A DNA stretch of 64,000 nt from a virus: IMG/VR virus record IMGVR_UViG_3300021960_000059, positions 4,193 through 68,192 of that record; one strand, given 5' to 3'. The notes beneath the pieces were generated by a model, which saw only the letters and a list, made by a program, of their open reading frames with translations, was not told the origin of the DNA and made no database searches. Shown piece by piece: positions 25,853 to 36,140 of the stretch. Every line of letters begins with the position of its first letter. Within the stretch, counting starts at the first letter, position 1. Made by a program: the position numbers and the translations under genes.

Positions 25853-25887
25853 ATTGTAAACGAAAAAGGGGTCTGAGTCAACCCCTT
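25853..25887 (-). promoter_or_regulatory. Terminator hairpin overlapping a sigma70 promoter
   Basis: AAGGGGTTGACTCAGACCCCTTTTT hairpin; TTGACT-17 bp-TACAAT. Confidence 0.6.
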
Positions 25888-25906
25888 AGTTATTTATTTA
25901 GTCTCC

Positions 25907-27040
25907 TTAAAAAGGAACATTGGCATCGTCAGGAAACTTTTCATCATCGCTCATTAGGACACCCGCATCGATCTTCGCGTAGAGATCGCGGAACGACTGC
26001 TTGGTGTCGTCGTCGAAACGATTGATACACATATCAATGGCAGTCATACGATCCTCAAAGATCGAGTATGCCTTTGCGATGTGAACCAGACGACGAGTCG
26101 AGATCACCTCGTCAACACCACCATCGTAGAATGTCTTACGAATGATGTCTGCCCAATCGACTAACTTCTCACAGTAGTCACCGTCATCGACACCCAAGTC
26201 GGCAAACACCTTGCCGAGAATCTTTTTCTCGATTGTTGGTGTTGGGTAGTCCTGCTCACAAGTAATTGGGAAACGTTCCAAGAATGCTTCGTTCATTACG
26301 TTAGTACCGATGAACCGTCCATCCTCTGAACCCTTACCTTTGGTGTTACCAGTTGCGACAACTGTAAAACCATCAGCAGGTGTGATGAACTCACCAGTCT
26401 TCTTGATGAAGTATCCCTTACCTTCAAGGATTGACTGCAGACACATAATCTTTGCAGGGTTTGCAAGATCAATCTCATCGAGGAGTAGGACTGCACCCTT
26501 TTCCATTGCAGCGATCACTGGACCTTTGAAGAACTTGGTCTCACCTGCAACCAGACGGAAACCACCGATCAAGTCATCTTCATCTGTCTCCAGAGTGAAG
26601 TTCACACGGATGACTTCACGACGAGTCTTGGCACATGCTTGCTCAACAGAGAAAGTCTTACCGTTACCAGACAGACCAGTAACATACACTGGATAGAACA
26701 TGCCAGACTTGATGATCTTTTCAACAGTCTTGTAGTTACCGAATGGAACGAACAGGGGATCGACTGAAGGGACTAGGTTCTCTTTGAACCCGTCGAACTC
26801 AGCAGTCAGAGTCGCAGAAGTGTTTGCAACTGGTGCCTCAACCTTTGGTGTAAACTTCAGAAGCATCGGCACTTCATATAGACCACGACCTACTCGCATG
26901 TCTGTGTTATTGAAAATGAAGGATGGTTTACGGAAACCTTTCTCTTCGCAGAGATCAACGATCTGTGCTTTGGTTGCGGTAGTACCGAACTTCTCATTGA
27001 TTGCCTCGATCAAGGCAGTTTGTGGACGATTCAAATTCAT
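25907..27040 (-). CDS. CobS/MoxR-like AAA+ ATPase
   Basis: GLSGNGKT, LLLDEID, NEAFLERF, STRRL. Confidence 0.9.
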   Translation of the reverse strand: MNLNRPQTALIEAINEKFGTTATKAQIVDLCEEKGFRKPSFIFNNTDMRVGRGLYEVPMLLKFTPKVEAPVANTSATLTAEFDGFKENLVPSVDPLFVPFGNYKTVEKIIKSGMFYPVYVTGLSGNGKTFSVEQACAKTRREVIRVNFTLETDEDDLIGGFRLVAGETKFFKGPVIAAMEKGAVLLLDEIDLANPAKIMCLQSILEGKGYFIKKTGEFITPADGFTVVATGNTKGKGSEDGRFIGTNVMNEAFLERFPITCEQDYPTPTIEKKILGKVFADLGVDDGDYCEKLVDWADIIRKTFYDGGVDEVISTRRLVHIAKAYSIFEDRMTAIDMCINRFDDDTKQSFRDLYAKIDAGVLMSDDEKFPDDANVPF

Positions 27041-27113
27041 AATATATTCCTCTCTCAATCAACATAGGTAGTATCTCATATTCGACACCACCTGTATAAT
27101 GGTATTTTTCTAT

Positions 27114-29297
27114 CTAAGCAACCATCTCGATAAACTGTGTCAATAACACTCGTGAAGTCTTGCGGTTGGCATTTGCTTTCTTGAATGCGGTACGGATCTG
27201 ACCGACCTTTGCATCATCTGCGACTTCAATTGCACCGTTTGAAGTCTCAAGGTTCTTACCTCCCTGAAGAGCAAAGAATTTGTCATACCCACAGTTTGGA
27301 ATCGTGGTGAACTTGTTTTTCTTGAGGTCTTCGTTGAGTTTAGATACTTGCTCATAGGACAATCCTGCACTACGCAGATCAGACATCAACGAACGCTTGT
27401 TCTGCGGAAGGATGCGGTATCCAATAGCGTTTGATCCAGTGTGATCGCGGAACAACTCAAGCAATGACTTGGTGTAACCGTTGCGATCTTGCAGACGGTA
27501 TTGCTTCTTAGTCACAGGGTCAATGAACTTGACAATGTTGTACTTAATACCAAGATGCCAGATCGCAACATTAGTGCGAGGGTTCCCATTCATGTTAATG
27601 ATCTTTGCTTCAATCGGGTGCGAGTCACCATCTGTTAAGAACACAGTGTTGACGATATCCAAACGGTTCGACTTCTGGAACTCTTTGTGAATCTGGACAC
27701 CTGCCATGATAGCATCATCGAGTGGCGTACCACCTAAGTAGAACTCCCAAGGCAAGTAGTACGACACATCCTTGCTGTAGTTCTGACCGATTGCCAAAAG
27801 CATCTGAGCCATCTTGGTGAACTCAGCACGATTCATCCGATTGTTGAAGAACTCCATCAAACGGAATCCGGTTTTGTACTGGAGTGTGTTCACATCAACA
27901 TTGTTGACTGTATCAATAACACCAGACTCACCACTACGATCAAACCGATCAGAGAACGCATACACACGGTATGGGATGTTGACTTGACGACAGAACATCA
28001 CGAGGTTCAGTAACTGATCAATCGTTGGTTTCATGTGCTTATGCATTGAACCAGACCAATCGAGGTAGAGTACCATGCCGTGGTTCTTACCTTCTGGAGT
28101 CACAGACATCTTGCGGAAGATGTCGTCAGAGAACTTGTAGTTGTTCATCTTGACAGGACAGATCACACCAGTTTTTGCAAGAGTAGTACGGGCATACTCA
28201 GATGCCTTCTTCTTCATCTCAAACTCTTTGACCATGTAGTTCACAGTCTTCTTGTTTTCAGTCTGGAACTTCTTCCACAACTGCTCGCCGTAGTTTGCAA
28301 GGTGTGCTCTTTGCTCACCATATCCACCCGGATTATTACCGAATGCCATTACCTTCTTGTAATCGATGATTAGATTATCAACCTTGTTTGTGTTCAAACG
28401 CAGGTTGTAGACCTTGGTGTCAGAGTTGTTACCGAACTCTTTACGAATGTTAGAGTGGAGTGCTTCTTCAGTTTTAGAGATAGGTTCGTCAGTTAGTTCA
28501 GATGATTCTCCATCATCTTCTTCCTCGCCCTCACCGTCTTCATCAGAAGAATCAGACTCATTCTCTTCTTCATCGGCATCTTCTCCAGTGTCTGTGCCTT
28601 GCGACTCGTTGCCTTCCTGCTCCTCATCGTCATCGTTATCCATCTCCCAATCATCTTGACCGAAACCGTCAGTCTCGACTTCCTCAGTCTGAGTCTGACC
28701 CTCGTCTTGCATTTGCTCTTGTTCTTCTTGTTGCTTCTGCATCTCTTCTTCTTTCTTTGCTTTTTCTTCAGCAAACAAACGATCTGCAATATCAACAACT
28801 TGTTCCCAAGTGACACAATCTTCGATCTCTTTGATCCAATGCATCTCATCTTTTTCGATGCGAACACCAGAGGTCTGACCACACTTGAAGTAAGTATTTA
28901 TGCGGTCAATCAGATCGAATGTGTTGATCTCTGCCATGCTCGCGCCAAAGAAACCATCTGCCATCAACTTCTTGTAAGAGTTGATGAAGTTTCGACGCAG
29001 ACCGGGGTACTTGTTCTGAACGAGACGCTCGATACGGGCATCTTCGATTACATTCAAGAAAGACTTATATGCGCGTCCGCGATCACAGACCGCATCGTGC
29101 CAACCGTCTTCTGGAGTGTAGAGTGCGTGACCGACTTCATGACCGATGAAGTGATCGTAGTTGTCGCCAGTGAGATCATCCCACAATGGCAGAGTCAGCA
29201 CTCGATCTTTCACATTGAAAGACGCTGTTGGTGCGTTCTCATGAACCACTGTGATGTTCTCAGCAGCAAGGAGTTTAGCGAGAATGTCTTTTTGCAT
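27114..29297 (-). CDS. CobT-like metallopeptidase-VWA protein
   Basis: HEVGH, acidic linker, DWSGSM MIDAS, GGTPL, LTDG. Confidence 0.85.
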   Translation of the reverse strand: MQKDILAKLLAAENITVVHENAPTASFNVKDRVLTLPLWDDLTGDNYDHFIGHEVGHALYTPEDGWHDAVCDRGRAYKSFLNVIEDARIERLVQNKYPGLRRNFINSYKKLMADGFFGASMAEINTFDLIDRINTYFKCGQTSGVRIEKDEMHWIKEIEDCVTWEQVVDIADRLFAEEKAKKEEEMQKQQEEQEQMQDEGQTQTEEVETDGFGQDDWEMDNDDDEEQEGNESQGTDTGEDADEEENESDSSDEDGEGEEEDDGESSELTDEPISKTEEALHSNIRKEFGNNSDTKVYNLRLNTNKVDNLIIDYKKVMAFGNNPGGYGEQRAHLANYGEQLWKKFQTENKKTVNYMVKEFEMKKKASEYARTTLAKTGVICPVKMNNYKFSDDIFRKMSVTPEGKNHGMVLYLDWSGSMHKHMKPTIDQLLNLVMFCRQVNIPYRVYAFSDRFDRSGESGVIDTVNNVDVNTLQYKTGFRLMEFFNNRMNRAEFTKMAQMLLAIGQNYSKDVSYYLPWEFYLGGTPLDDAIMAGVQIHKEFQKSNRLDIVNTVFLTDGDSHPIEAKIINMNGNPRTNVAIWHLGIKYNIVKFIDPVTKKQYRLQDRNGYTKSLLELFRDHTGSNAIGYRILPQNKRSLMSDLRSAGLSYEQVSKLNEDLKKNKFTTIPNCGYDKFFALQGGKNLETSNGAIEVADDAKVGQIRTAFKKANANRKTSRVLLTQFIEMVA

Positions 29298-29323
29298 AGG
29301 TGTTACCTCTCATTTACAGAACC

Positions 29324-29352
29324 AGTTTAATCGATTCTTAGAGTAGAGTCAA
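29324..29352 (-). promoter_or_regulatory. Sigma70-like early promoter
   Basis: TTGACT-17 bp-TAAACT. Confidence 0.6.
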
Positions 29353-29405
29353 CACCTAAATGCAAAAAAGTTGAGATTATTTTGTTATAAGGTTATAACT
29401 AAAAG

Positions 29406-30542
29406 TTATAAGGGAAGGGTAGCACCAAGTGTTCTTTTGCCTTCAATGATACCCTCAATGCGTCTCTCAACCATCTCAGCATACTCTGGGTTGAGTTCAC
29501 ACAGAATCGAGTTACGATCATGTAGATACGCAACACCTGCTGTCGTACCCGAACCACCGAATGGATCAAGCACCGTTCCACCCTCTGGACAACCTGCGAG
29601 AATACAGGGTTCGATCAGTTCTGGCGGGAATGTGGCAAAGTGCGCTCCCTTGAATGCCTTTGGCGGAACAGTCCACACACTACGCTTATTAGCAGTCTCA
29701 TACGACTTCTCAAGTCCACTGTGCGGTTGTAGTCCTGTACCTGAGTTATGATACTTACCATTCGTTCTATCGCGTGTTCCCCAATCCTGCTTGACAGGTT
29801 GCTTGATTGCCTCGTAGTCGTAGTAGTATTTCTTCGACTTACTCAATAGAAAGATGTACTCGTGTGCTTTCGTACAGCGATCACGAACTGACTCTGGCAT
29901 CGGATTTGGTTTGTTCCAGATGATGTCTTGGCGTAGATACCAACCGTCTGCTCGTAGAGCAAATGCTACCATCCAAGGAATGCCGATCAAGTCCTTTGGT
30001 TTAAGTCCAATCTCATGTGCCTTGACAGGTCTCAGATCACCAAGGATAGTTCCTTGTGAAGTTCCTTGCTTGGTTCCTTCGATACCCTTTTCGTTTGATG
30101 AACCATCAGCATTACGATTCTTACCAGAACCCGCATACGAATCGCCAAGGTTCAACCACACTGTGCCATCGTCCTTCAATACACGACGAATCTCGCGGAA
30201 CAGTTTGACTAGATTATCACAGAACTCTTCTGGCGTTTCTTCCAATCCGAACTGTGAGTCCTCACGAACTGCTCCACACTTCTTACACTCGTTCTTGTAG
30301 ATAGCATCACCGACTGCGTGACCCTTGTCATCCATTCCTTTGTGACCTGTTGTCGTTGTATCGCCAACCTTAGAGTCTCGCATGTGATTGCATTCTGGAT
30401 CACCACCTACCCACTTGCCAGTGCCATAGTCTCGTAATCCAAAGTATGGCGGTGATGTCACCACCGTGTTCACACTCTGATCGGGGAGAGACTTGATCGT
30501 CTCGCGATTGTCCCCAACCAGAACATCATAAGTTACCTTCAC
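29406..30542 (-). CDS. Beta-class DNA methyltransferase (N4-C/N6-A)
   Basis: TSPPY, IIWNKPNPMPES, HFATFP, LDPFGGSGT. Confidence 0.92.
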   Translation of the reverse strand: MKVTYDVLVGDNRETIKSLPDQSVNTVVTSPPYFGLRDYGTGKWVGGDPECNHMRDSKVGDTTTTGHKGMDDKGHAVGDAIYKNECKKCGAVREDSQFGLEETPEEFCDNLVKLFREIRRVLKDDGTVWLNLGDSYAGSGKNRNADGSSNEKGIEGTKQGTSQGTILGDLRPVKAHEIGLKPKDLIGIPWMVAFALRADGWYLRQDIIWNKPNPMPESVRDRCTKAHEYIFLLSKSKKYYYDYEAIKQPVKQDWGTRDRTNGKYHNSGTGLQPHSGLEKSYETANKRSVWTVPPKAFKGAHFATFPPELIEPCILAGCPEGGTVLDPFGGSGTTAGVAYLHDRNSILCELNPEYAEMVERRIEGIIEGKRTLGATLPL

Positions 30543-31315
30543 TTATCGTATCCCATTTCCTTACGAATCTTTGTGGCAGAGATGTCATGAATCTCATCAG
30601 TGAATACTTCTTGCTCGATCTTGTATCCCACATCGCGTCCATAGGTAATGTTGACGACATTCGGTACGAGCATGATTGTGTACTCATTGTTATAAGTATA
30701 CCCGTATTCCGAAAGTTTTTCAATGATTTTTTCTTTCACAAACTCAAAGTCAAATGGGTTAGAGTCGTTCCATCCTTGGCAGTCACGAACTTGAATAGCA
30801 ACCTGTCCTGTCTTTGCGAGTGCGCGTTCAAACAGTGCTAAGTGTCCATCGTGGAATGGTTGCCACCGTCCAAGCATCTGAGTCGTTTCTTTACGCCATG
30901 AAAAAGGTTGTAGATGCCCAGAAATCAACTGTGACTGTGCGTCTGATTCCATCTGCTCAAAGCGGAAGTCGATGCCATCCAAATTTGGATACTCAAATGC
31001 TTTGTTGGTATCCTCGTAACGCCCTTCTGTGATTGTATCCATAAACACAACCACATCAGCACTCACGATGTCTCGTAGTGCTTGAGTAGGACATACAAAG
31101 TCGAGGATTGCCCATTGCTTCTTAGAGTCCTTACCAAGTTGCTTCATGCGTTCTGCTTGGCGACGACGACCCATCTCGGAGAAGTCCCAATCGTTGAACA
31201 TCTCACGCACTTGATCTGCGTTGTAGTGATCTGCGTCTAACTTCTTAGACAGTTTGTTTGCTAAAGTGGACTTGCCACTCCCCGGTAAACCAAAAACAAG
31301 AATGGTCTTTGCCAT
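30539..31315 (-). CDS. APS-kinase-like P-loop kinase fused to a cytidylyltransferase-like domain
   Basis: GLPGSGKS; MLGRWQPFHDGH; ISATKIR. Confidence 0.8.
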   Translation of the reverse strand: MAKTILVFGLPGSGKSTLANKLSKKLDADHYNADQVREMFNDWDFSEMGRRRQAERMKQLGKDSKKQWAILDFVCPTQALRDIVSADVVVFMDTITEGRYEDTNKAFEYPNLDGIDFRFEQMESDAQSQLISGHLQPFSWRKETTQMLGRWQPFHDGHLALFERALAKTGQVAIQVRDCQGWNDSNPFDFEFVKEKIIEKLSEYGYTYNNEYTIMLVPNVVNITYGRDVGYKIEQEVFTDEIHDISATKIRKEMGYDK

Positions 31316-31941
31316 TATTCTTCGTCTCCTTCAATTAAAAATGATACTGTGTCATCAACAATTTCATCTTGTCTCTCACAAATCCATTCATAGAGAACCT
31401 CACGAAACTCCTCTTCCTTTGCCTCACCGACTTCATCATCGCGCCAACACTCATCGTCTTCGTCCCATCCTTCTGCAATCTCTGGATATCGGTGGAAAAT
31501 CATATTGCGAATGTCTTCATCATCATCTTCCGCACCGTCCTCAACCTCGTCATTAGTATACACATACGCACCAATGAAATTAGGCATCTCGTCCTCGTAA
31601 CGCATTGACCACACAATCTTGTCGTCTAATTTGTTCAGTTCCTTCACCAACTTTTTTACACCAGACTCAGGAGGTGACCATGCGGATTCTGTGCGGATTG
31701 TCATATCGTCTTGATCAAACTCTTCGATATAACACCACTTTGATCCGATATTTTCTGTCGTCCAAGAATACTGTTTTACATCTTCAGATGTGATATCTCC
31801 TGCGACGAACATGTCTGCAAACCACCGTCTGCCATAGTCATCAACTTGTTCTTCGCAACGATCATACATCTCGATCAATCTTGCTTTCGCATCATCATTG
31901 ATCATATGAAAATTTATTATTGAATATACATGATTTGCCAT
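31315..31941 (-). CDS. Acidic hypothetical protein (DUF1281-like)
   Basis: MANHV...NIGSKW...SAWSPP motif. Confidence 0.6.
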   Translation of the reverse strand: MANHVYSIINFHMINDDAKARLIEMYDRCEEQVDDYGRRWFADMFVAGDITSEDVKQYSWTTENIGSKWCYIEEFDQDDMTIRTESAWSPPESGVKKLVKELNKLDDKIVWSMRYEDEMPNFIGAYVYTNDEVEDGAEDDDEDIRNMIFHRYPEIAEGWDEDDECWRDDEVGEAKEEEFREVLYEWICERQDEIVDDTVSFLIEGDEE

Positions 31942-31942
31942 A

Positions 31943-32812
31943 TTAAATTCCTAGTGCTTTTGCTAGTGCGTTAGTTTCTTCATCATAATTCATCAGAAGA
32001 AGTTCTTTGCGTTCCTTCTCCTGCTCAAGATAGTTCTTAGAGTTAGTACACATAGAGTACTTGAGATCCCATACAATCTGTCTCCAGTTAGGAAAACGAT
32101 CCTGTACCTTCTGATCTGCATTGTATGTGATCATTTGATCTGACTTACAGTCATTGCATGCTTGTGCGAACTCGTCGTGATTGAAGTGCTTGTGTGTATC
32201 TCCATCCTTGCCGTATAGATTGCTTGATGCGATCTCATATGGAGGATCTAGGAATACGAACGCATTATCATCACTCATCAGTTCTTTGTAGTCAAGATTA
32301 GTGATCTTCCACTTCTGAATGAGGTAAGAGTAAAACCGCATCTTCTCGATACCCAAGTATGAGAAGTTACCTACTTGAGAAGAATGCGAAAACGAACTAC
32401 GGTTCTCGGTCAGTCCAGAGAATGACATCTTGTTGAGTGCATAGAAGTAAGCTGCACGACGAACATCACTGCCTTCAGTTCCAATGTCTTCTCTGATCTG
32501 ATTGAATGTCTCTTTACCTATCTCTTTCTGATCTGTTACTTTATCTTTAATTGCCTTGACTTCTGACTGCAAGTTTGTGCAGTCGTCTCGTAACTGAACC
32601 CAAAAGTTATACAAGTTACCATACAGATCATTAATCCAGATATTTGCATTAGGGTTTGCTTGTGCGAACCATACTGCAACAGAACCACCACCAATAAACG
32701 GTTCATTGTATTGCTGAATGTCCTTTGGAAAATGATCACCAAGGAACTTCATTGCTCTGGATTTACCACCCGGATATCGTAGTGGAGTTTTATAGGTAAA
32801 GGTCTGTGCCAT
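31943..32812 (-). CDS. dam: Dam-like (D12 class) adenine methyltransferase
   Basis: LRYPGGKS, EPFIGGGS, FLDPPY. Confidence 0.9.
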   Translation of the reverse strand: MAQTFTYKTPLRYPGGKSRAMKFLGDHFPKDIQQYNEPFIGGGSVAVWFAQANPNANIWINDLYGNLYNFWVQLRDDCTNLQSEVKAIKDKVTDQKEIGKETFNQIREDIGTEGSDVRRAAYFYALNKMSFSGLTENRSSFSHSSQVGNFSYLGIEKMRFYSYLIQKWKITNLDYKELMSDDNAFVFLDPPYEIASSNLYGKDGDTHKHFNHDEFAQACNDCKSDQMITYNADQKVQDRFPNWRQIVWDLKYSMCTNSKNYLEQEKERKELLLMNYDEETNALAKALGI

Positions 32813-34527
32813 TAAGATGCTATCCTACTAAAATTTTTCACCTTCTCAAAACGAATTTGAGATCTAAACTTATCTATTAGTATATCACCTTTGTGAGAAA
32901 TAATAAAGACATTTGTGTCTCCTCCAATATCTTGTAAAAGTTTAAGGAATTCATCACATCCTGAAGTGTCCAACGATGCATCAAACACCTCATCTAAAAT
33001 CAGAAGATTGGTGTTGGTGCTGTTCTTGAGTTTCGCAACTGCTCTCCAAGTAAATAGTAATGCGAGGTCAATACGCATTTTTTCTCCCTCGGAGAAAGAA
33101 GCATAAGAAAACTCATCACGATAACGACTCTTAATAACCTCATTGAATTCCTCGTCCAGTTCAAAGTTTACAAAAAAGTCTAGTGCAGACAGATACTTGT
33201 TGACTAACTTATTGATGATTGGAATGTACTGTCGGATAATCTTCTTCTTAATTCCACCATCTCGTAGCATCTCTGTCGCAATCTTGAGTACCTCAGAGTC
33301 CTTAGAGAGAGACTCGGACTTGGATTCAAATGCTCCAAGTTCTGTTTCCAGTTGCTGTATTTTGGATGACGGACTATCCTCTGTCTCTTCATTCCCCTGT
33401 AAACTGGATAGTTTATCTTTGACTCGATCCGCATTACTCTGGTAAGTGGATAGTGCCGACTCGCAATCGCGCCAGTGTTGTTGCCAAGTGGTGATCTCTT
33501 GTTGTACTGAGGTAATATACTGTATCTCTTCATTAAGCGATACTTGCTGTTTCTCCAACTCTGAGATTGCGGATTGTGTTTCCTCTGCAATTCGTTGTGT
33601 GTTCTCAAGTTGCTTTGCTTTTGCCGTTGCTTCGATGACTTGCTCGCAAGTCGGGCAATTGTCATGTTTCTCATAGAACCGAATCCTCTTCTCTGCCTTA
33701 GCAATCTTGTCGTGAAGTTTCATCATCAACTCAGACACCTTGGCAGACTTTGTATTCACCTTGTCTGCGTTCGCAATAGATTCAGACAACTCATTGATCT
33801 TGTCCATTGCTTCAGTCTGTTGAGTCTGTGCAGTCAATCCTTGCAATGCCCACTCTTGCAATTCTGCTTGCAACTCTGCCTTCTGCTTCTCTACATCTGC
33901 ATTGAGTTTCTCAAGGTAATCTTTCTGTATGCTAATCTTCTCACCAAGCAAGTCAATTTGATACTCGACCTCTTGCTTTTCAGTTTTGTTACGAGCAACA
34001 CGATCCTTGAGTAGAGTGTTCATGTAACTAAAAATCTGAATATCTAACAAGTCTTCAATGACATCTCTTCGATCCTTTGTTGTGAGTTGCATGAAGGGAG
34101 TGAAGGATGCGTTACCTAACACGACGATTTGGGTGAACGATTTATAGTTCAGTTTGAGAATCGTGTCCTCTAACTGAGTCTGGTAATCTCGTGCCGATCC
34201 CGGTTGGTCTATTAGGTTGCCGTTCTTTGTGATTTCAAAGACAGCAGGTTTAATGCCCCTACGCACCACATACTCTACATTACCAATAGTAAACTCGATC
34301 TCTGTGACAAGACCCTTCTCGTTGATACTGTTCATCAACTGTGGTTTCTTGATGTCACGAAACGGTCTGTTGAACAGAACGAAACAGAGAGCATCAAGGA
34401 TGGTTGATTTACCTGCACCATTCTCACCAGTAATAATTGTACTTGGAGAACGATCCAGTTGGATTTCAGTGAAGACATTTCCCGTACTGAGAAAGTTCTT
34501 CCAACGCAATTTTTTGAATCGGATCAT
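32812..34527 (-). CDS. 46: Recombination nuclease ATPase gp46
   Basis: GENGAGKS, CPTC hook, FSEGEK, LDEVFD. Confidence 0.96.
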   Translation of the reverse strand: MIRFKKLRWKNFLSTGNVFTEIQLDRSPSTIITGENGAGKSTILDALCFVLFNRPFRDIKKPQLMNSINEKGLVTEIEFTIGNVEYVVRRGIKPAVFEITKNGNLIDQPGSARDYQTQLEDTILKLNYKSFTQIVVLGNASFTPFMQLTTKDRRDVIEDLLDIQIFSYMNTLLKDRVARNKTEKQEVEYQIDLLGEKISIQKDYLEKLNADVEKQKAELQAELQEWALQGLTAQTQQTEAMDKINELSESIANADKVNTKSAKVSELMMKLHDKIAKAEKRIRFYEKHDNCPTCEQVIEATAKAKQLENTQRIAEETQSAISELEKQQVSLNEEIQYITSVQQEITTWQQHWRDCESALSTYQSNADRVKDKLSSLQGNEETEDSPSSKIQQLETELGAFESKSESLSKDSEVLKIATEMLRDGGIKKKIIRQYIPIINKLVNKYLSALDFFVNFELDEEFNEVIKSRYRDEFSYASFSEGEKMRIDLALLFTWRAVAKLKNSTNTNLLILDEVFDASLDTSGCDEFLKLLQDIGGDTNVFIISHKGDILIDKFRSQIRFEKVKNFSRIAS

Positions 34528-34530
34528 AGA

Positions 34531-35592
34531 TTAAACTTCAAAGTGTAATGCTTCATTATACAGGGATTTCATGAGAGAGTCAAGTTTCTTCTTGGGCACA
34601 TTGTCTGGCATTCCTTCGATGTACTTAGATAGAATCGTCATAGTGTCCTCTGCCTCGTTGACCAAATCCTCGTCGTCATCTAAATCAAGATTAAGATGAT
34701 CTTCTACAACTTGAATGTTGATTGGGTCTGCTTTGATCAGTTTATCCATGAATTTATCGAACCAATATGGATTGCCACTTGAGTGCTTGACTACTTTGAC
34801 ATATGTGCCCTCATATGTTGCAAAATCTTGAGAAAGCAACTCATCCATTTCTTTTCCTTCATCATTATAGAACACCTTGTTAAACATCGAATACGGATTT
34901 CGGATGAACTCTAATTCTCTGGTCTCGGTATCATACACATGAAACCCTTTGGGATCTTGGTAGTCGCTCCATGTGAGTTCATAAGGACATCCCAAGTAGT
35001 CAATGTTTCCAGTAGTAGATTTGTGATGAAAGTGTCCAGACATCACGCGGTCAAATCGTTTAAAGTCTGATATTTTCATACCATGCTCGTTCATGTTGCC
35101 CCGATCCATAAGGCAACCTGCAATCTCAAAGTGACCAAAGACAACTTGTGCTTCGGTGTTCTGCATGAACTCCATCGTGCTTGCGTAGTTGCCATTGTTG
35201 ATCCAAGGAATAATTGCGTGTGGTACATCATCAAAGAGCACCTCTGCAACCTCGGAATAATACTTCACATTAGTTGCGTCAAACAACTCTTGCATCGCAT
35301 TGATCTCGTTAGTGTTCTTGTATGGCACATCATGGTTACCAACAATTACATGCAGATCAATATTGCGATACAGACAAGGTTCTATAAATCCTTCTTTGAG
35401 TCGTCGTAGGGTAACATAAGAGATATACTTCCTGCGATCCACAATGTCACCAAGATGTAGGACAGTATGGATTCCACGCTTGTCAAGTTCTGGGAAAAAT
35501 ACATTACTATAGAAGCGATCAAAATAATCAAGGAAGGAAAGATTGTCATTACGAACTCCCCAATGCGTATCAGTTACTAATGCTATTTTCAT
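34531..35592 (-). CDS. 47: Recombination nuclease gp47
   Basis: TDTHWG, HLGD, GNHD, SGHFH. Confidence 0.96.
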   Translation of the reverse strand: MKIALVTDTHWGVRNDNLSFLDYFDRFYSNVFFPELDKRGIHTVLHLGDIVDRRKYISYVTLRRLKEGFIEPCLYRNIDLHVIVGNHDVPYKNTNEINAMQELFDATNVKYYSEVAEVLFDDVPHAIIPWINNGNYASTMEFMQNTEAQVVFGHFEIAGCLMDRGNMNEHGMKISDFKRFDRVMSGHFHHKSTTGNIDYLGCPYELTWSDYQDPKGFHVYDTETRELEFIRNPYSMFNKVFYNDEGKEMDELLSQDFATYEGTYVKVVKHSSGNPYWFDKFMDKLIKADPINIQVVEDHLNLDLDDDEDLVNEAEDTMTILSKYIEGMPDNVPKKKLDSLMKSLYNEALHFEV

Positions 35593-36139
35593 CTACTACT
35601 CGCTTCTTCTTTTTGCGTCTCTTGTGATCTTCAAAATTTTGGATAAAGTCTGACATATATTCTTCAGTCCACTCATTATATTTTACACCATCATTGTAGT
35701 CATGTCCATAGTCGTGTGATTGCCTATCACTAACATCACCAAAGATATTTGCGTCTTCGGTTGCTTTGTACTTAGTATACAGATATTTTTTTTCTTTTTG
35801 GATACGTCTAAGAAAAGCATAATAGATAATCTGCGTAAAGTATGCAAAAGGATTCTGTGATTTTTCTGGATTAAAATTATCAATATACTGCAAACTATTT
35901 TCAATACCATCCGATATCATCTCCTCTCGAAACGAATAGTTTACAAAGTTTGGTTTGTATGATAGATGTGTTGCAATCTTCATAATACAGTCTGCAACAT
36001 ACATGGGAACAATTGGCCTGTCCCTACCCTCTGCTTCTGCCTTCTGTACTGACTCGCGAAACTCTACCATTGCCTCAAGGAACTTTTTGTTGTCCACATA
36101 ATAGGGTTTTTTTCTTTTCTCTGCTCTTGTTTCTGCCAT
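35570..36139 (-). CDS. 55: Late sigma factor gp55
   Basis: YVDNKKF, NPFAYFTQI..AFLRRI.KEKK. Confidence 0.96.
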   Translation of the reverse strand: MAETRAEKRKKPYYVDNKKFLEAMVEFRESVQKAEAEGRDRPIVPMYVADCIMKIATHLSYKPNFVNYSFREEMISDGIENSLQYIDNFNPEKSQNPFAYFTQIIYYAFLRRIQKEKKYLYTKYKATEDANIFGDVSDRQSHDYGHDYNDGVKYNEWTEEYMSDFIQNFEDHKRRKKKKRVVDENSISN

Positions 36140-36140
36140 G

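Noticed and set aside
25907-29297. Cobalamin biosynthesis auxiliary genes
   Set aside because: CobS/CobT-like AAA-VWA pairs are common in T4-like phages and no other cobalamin genes are present; a MoxR-type chaperone role is more likely.
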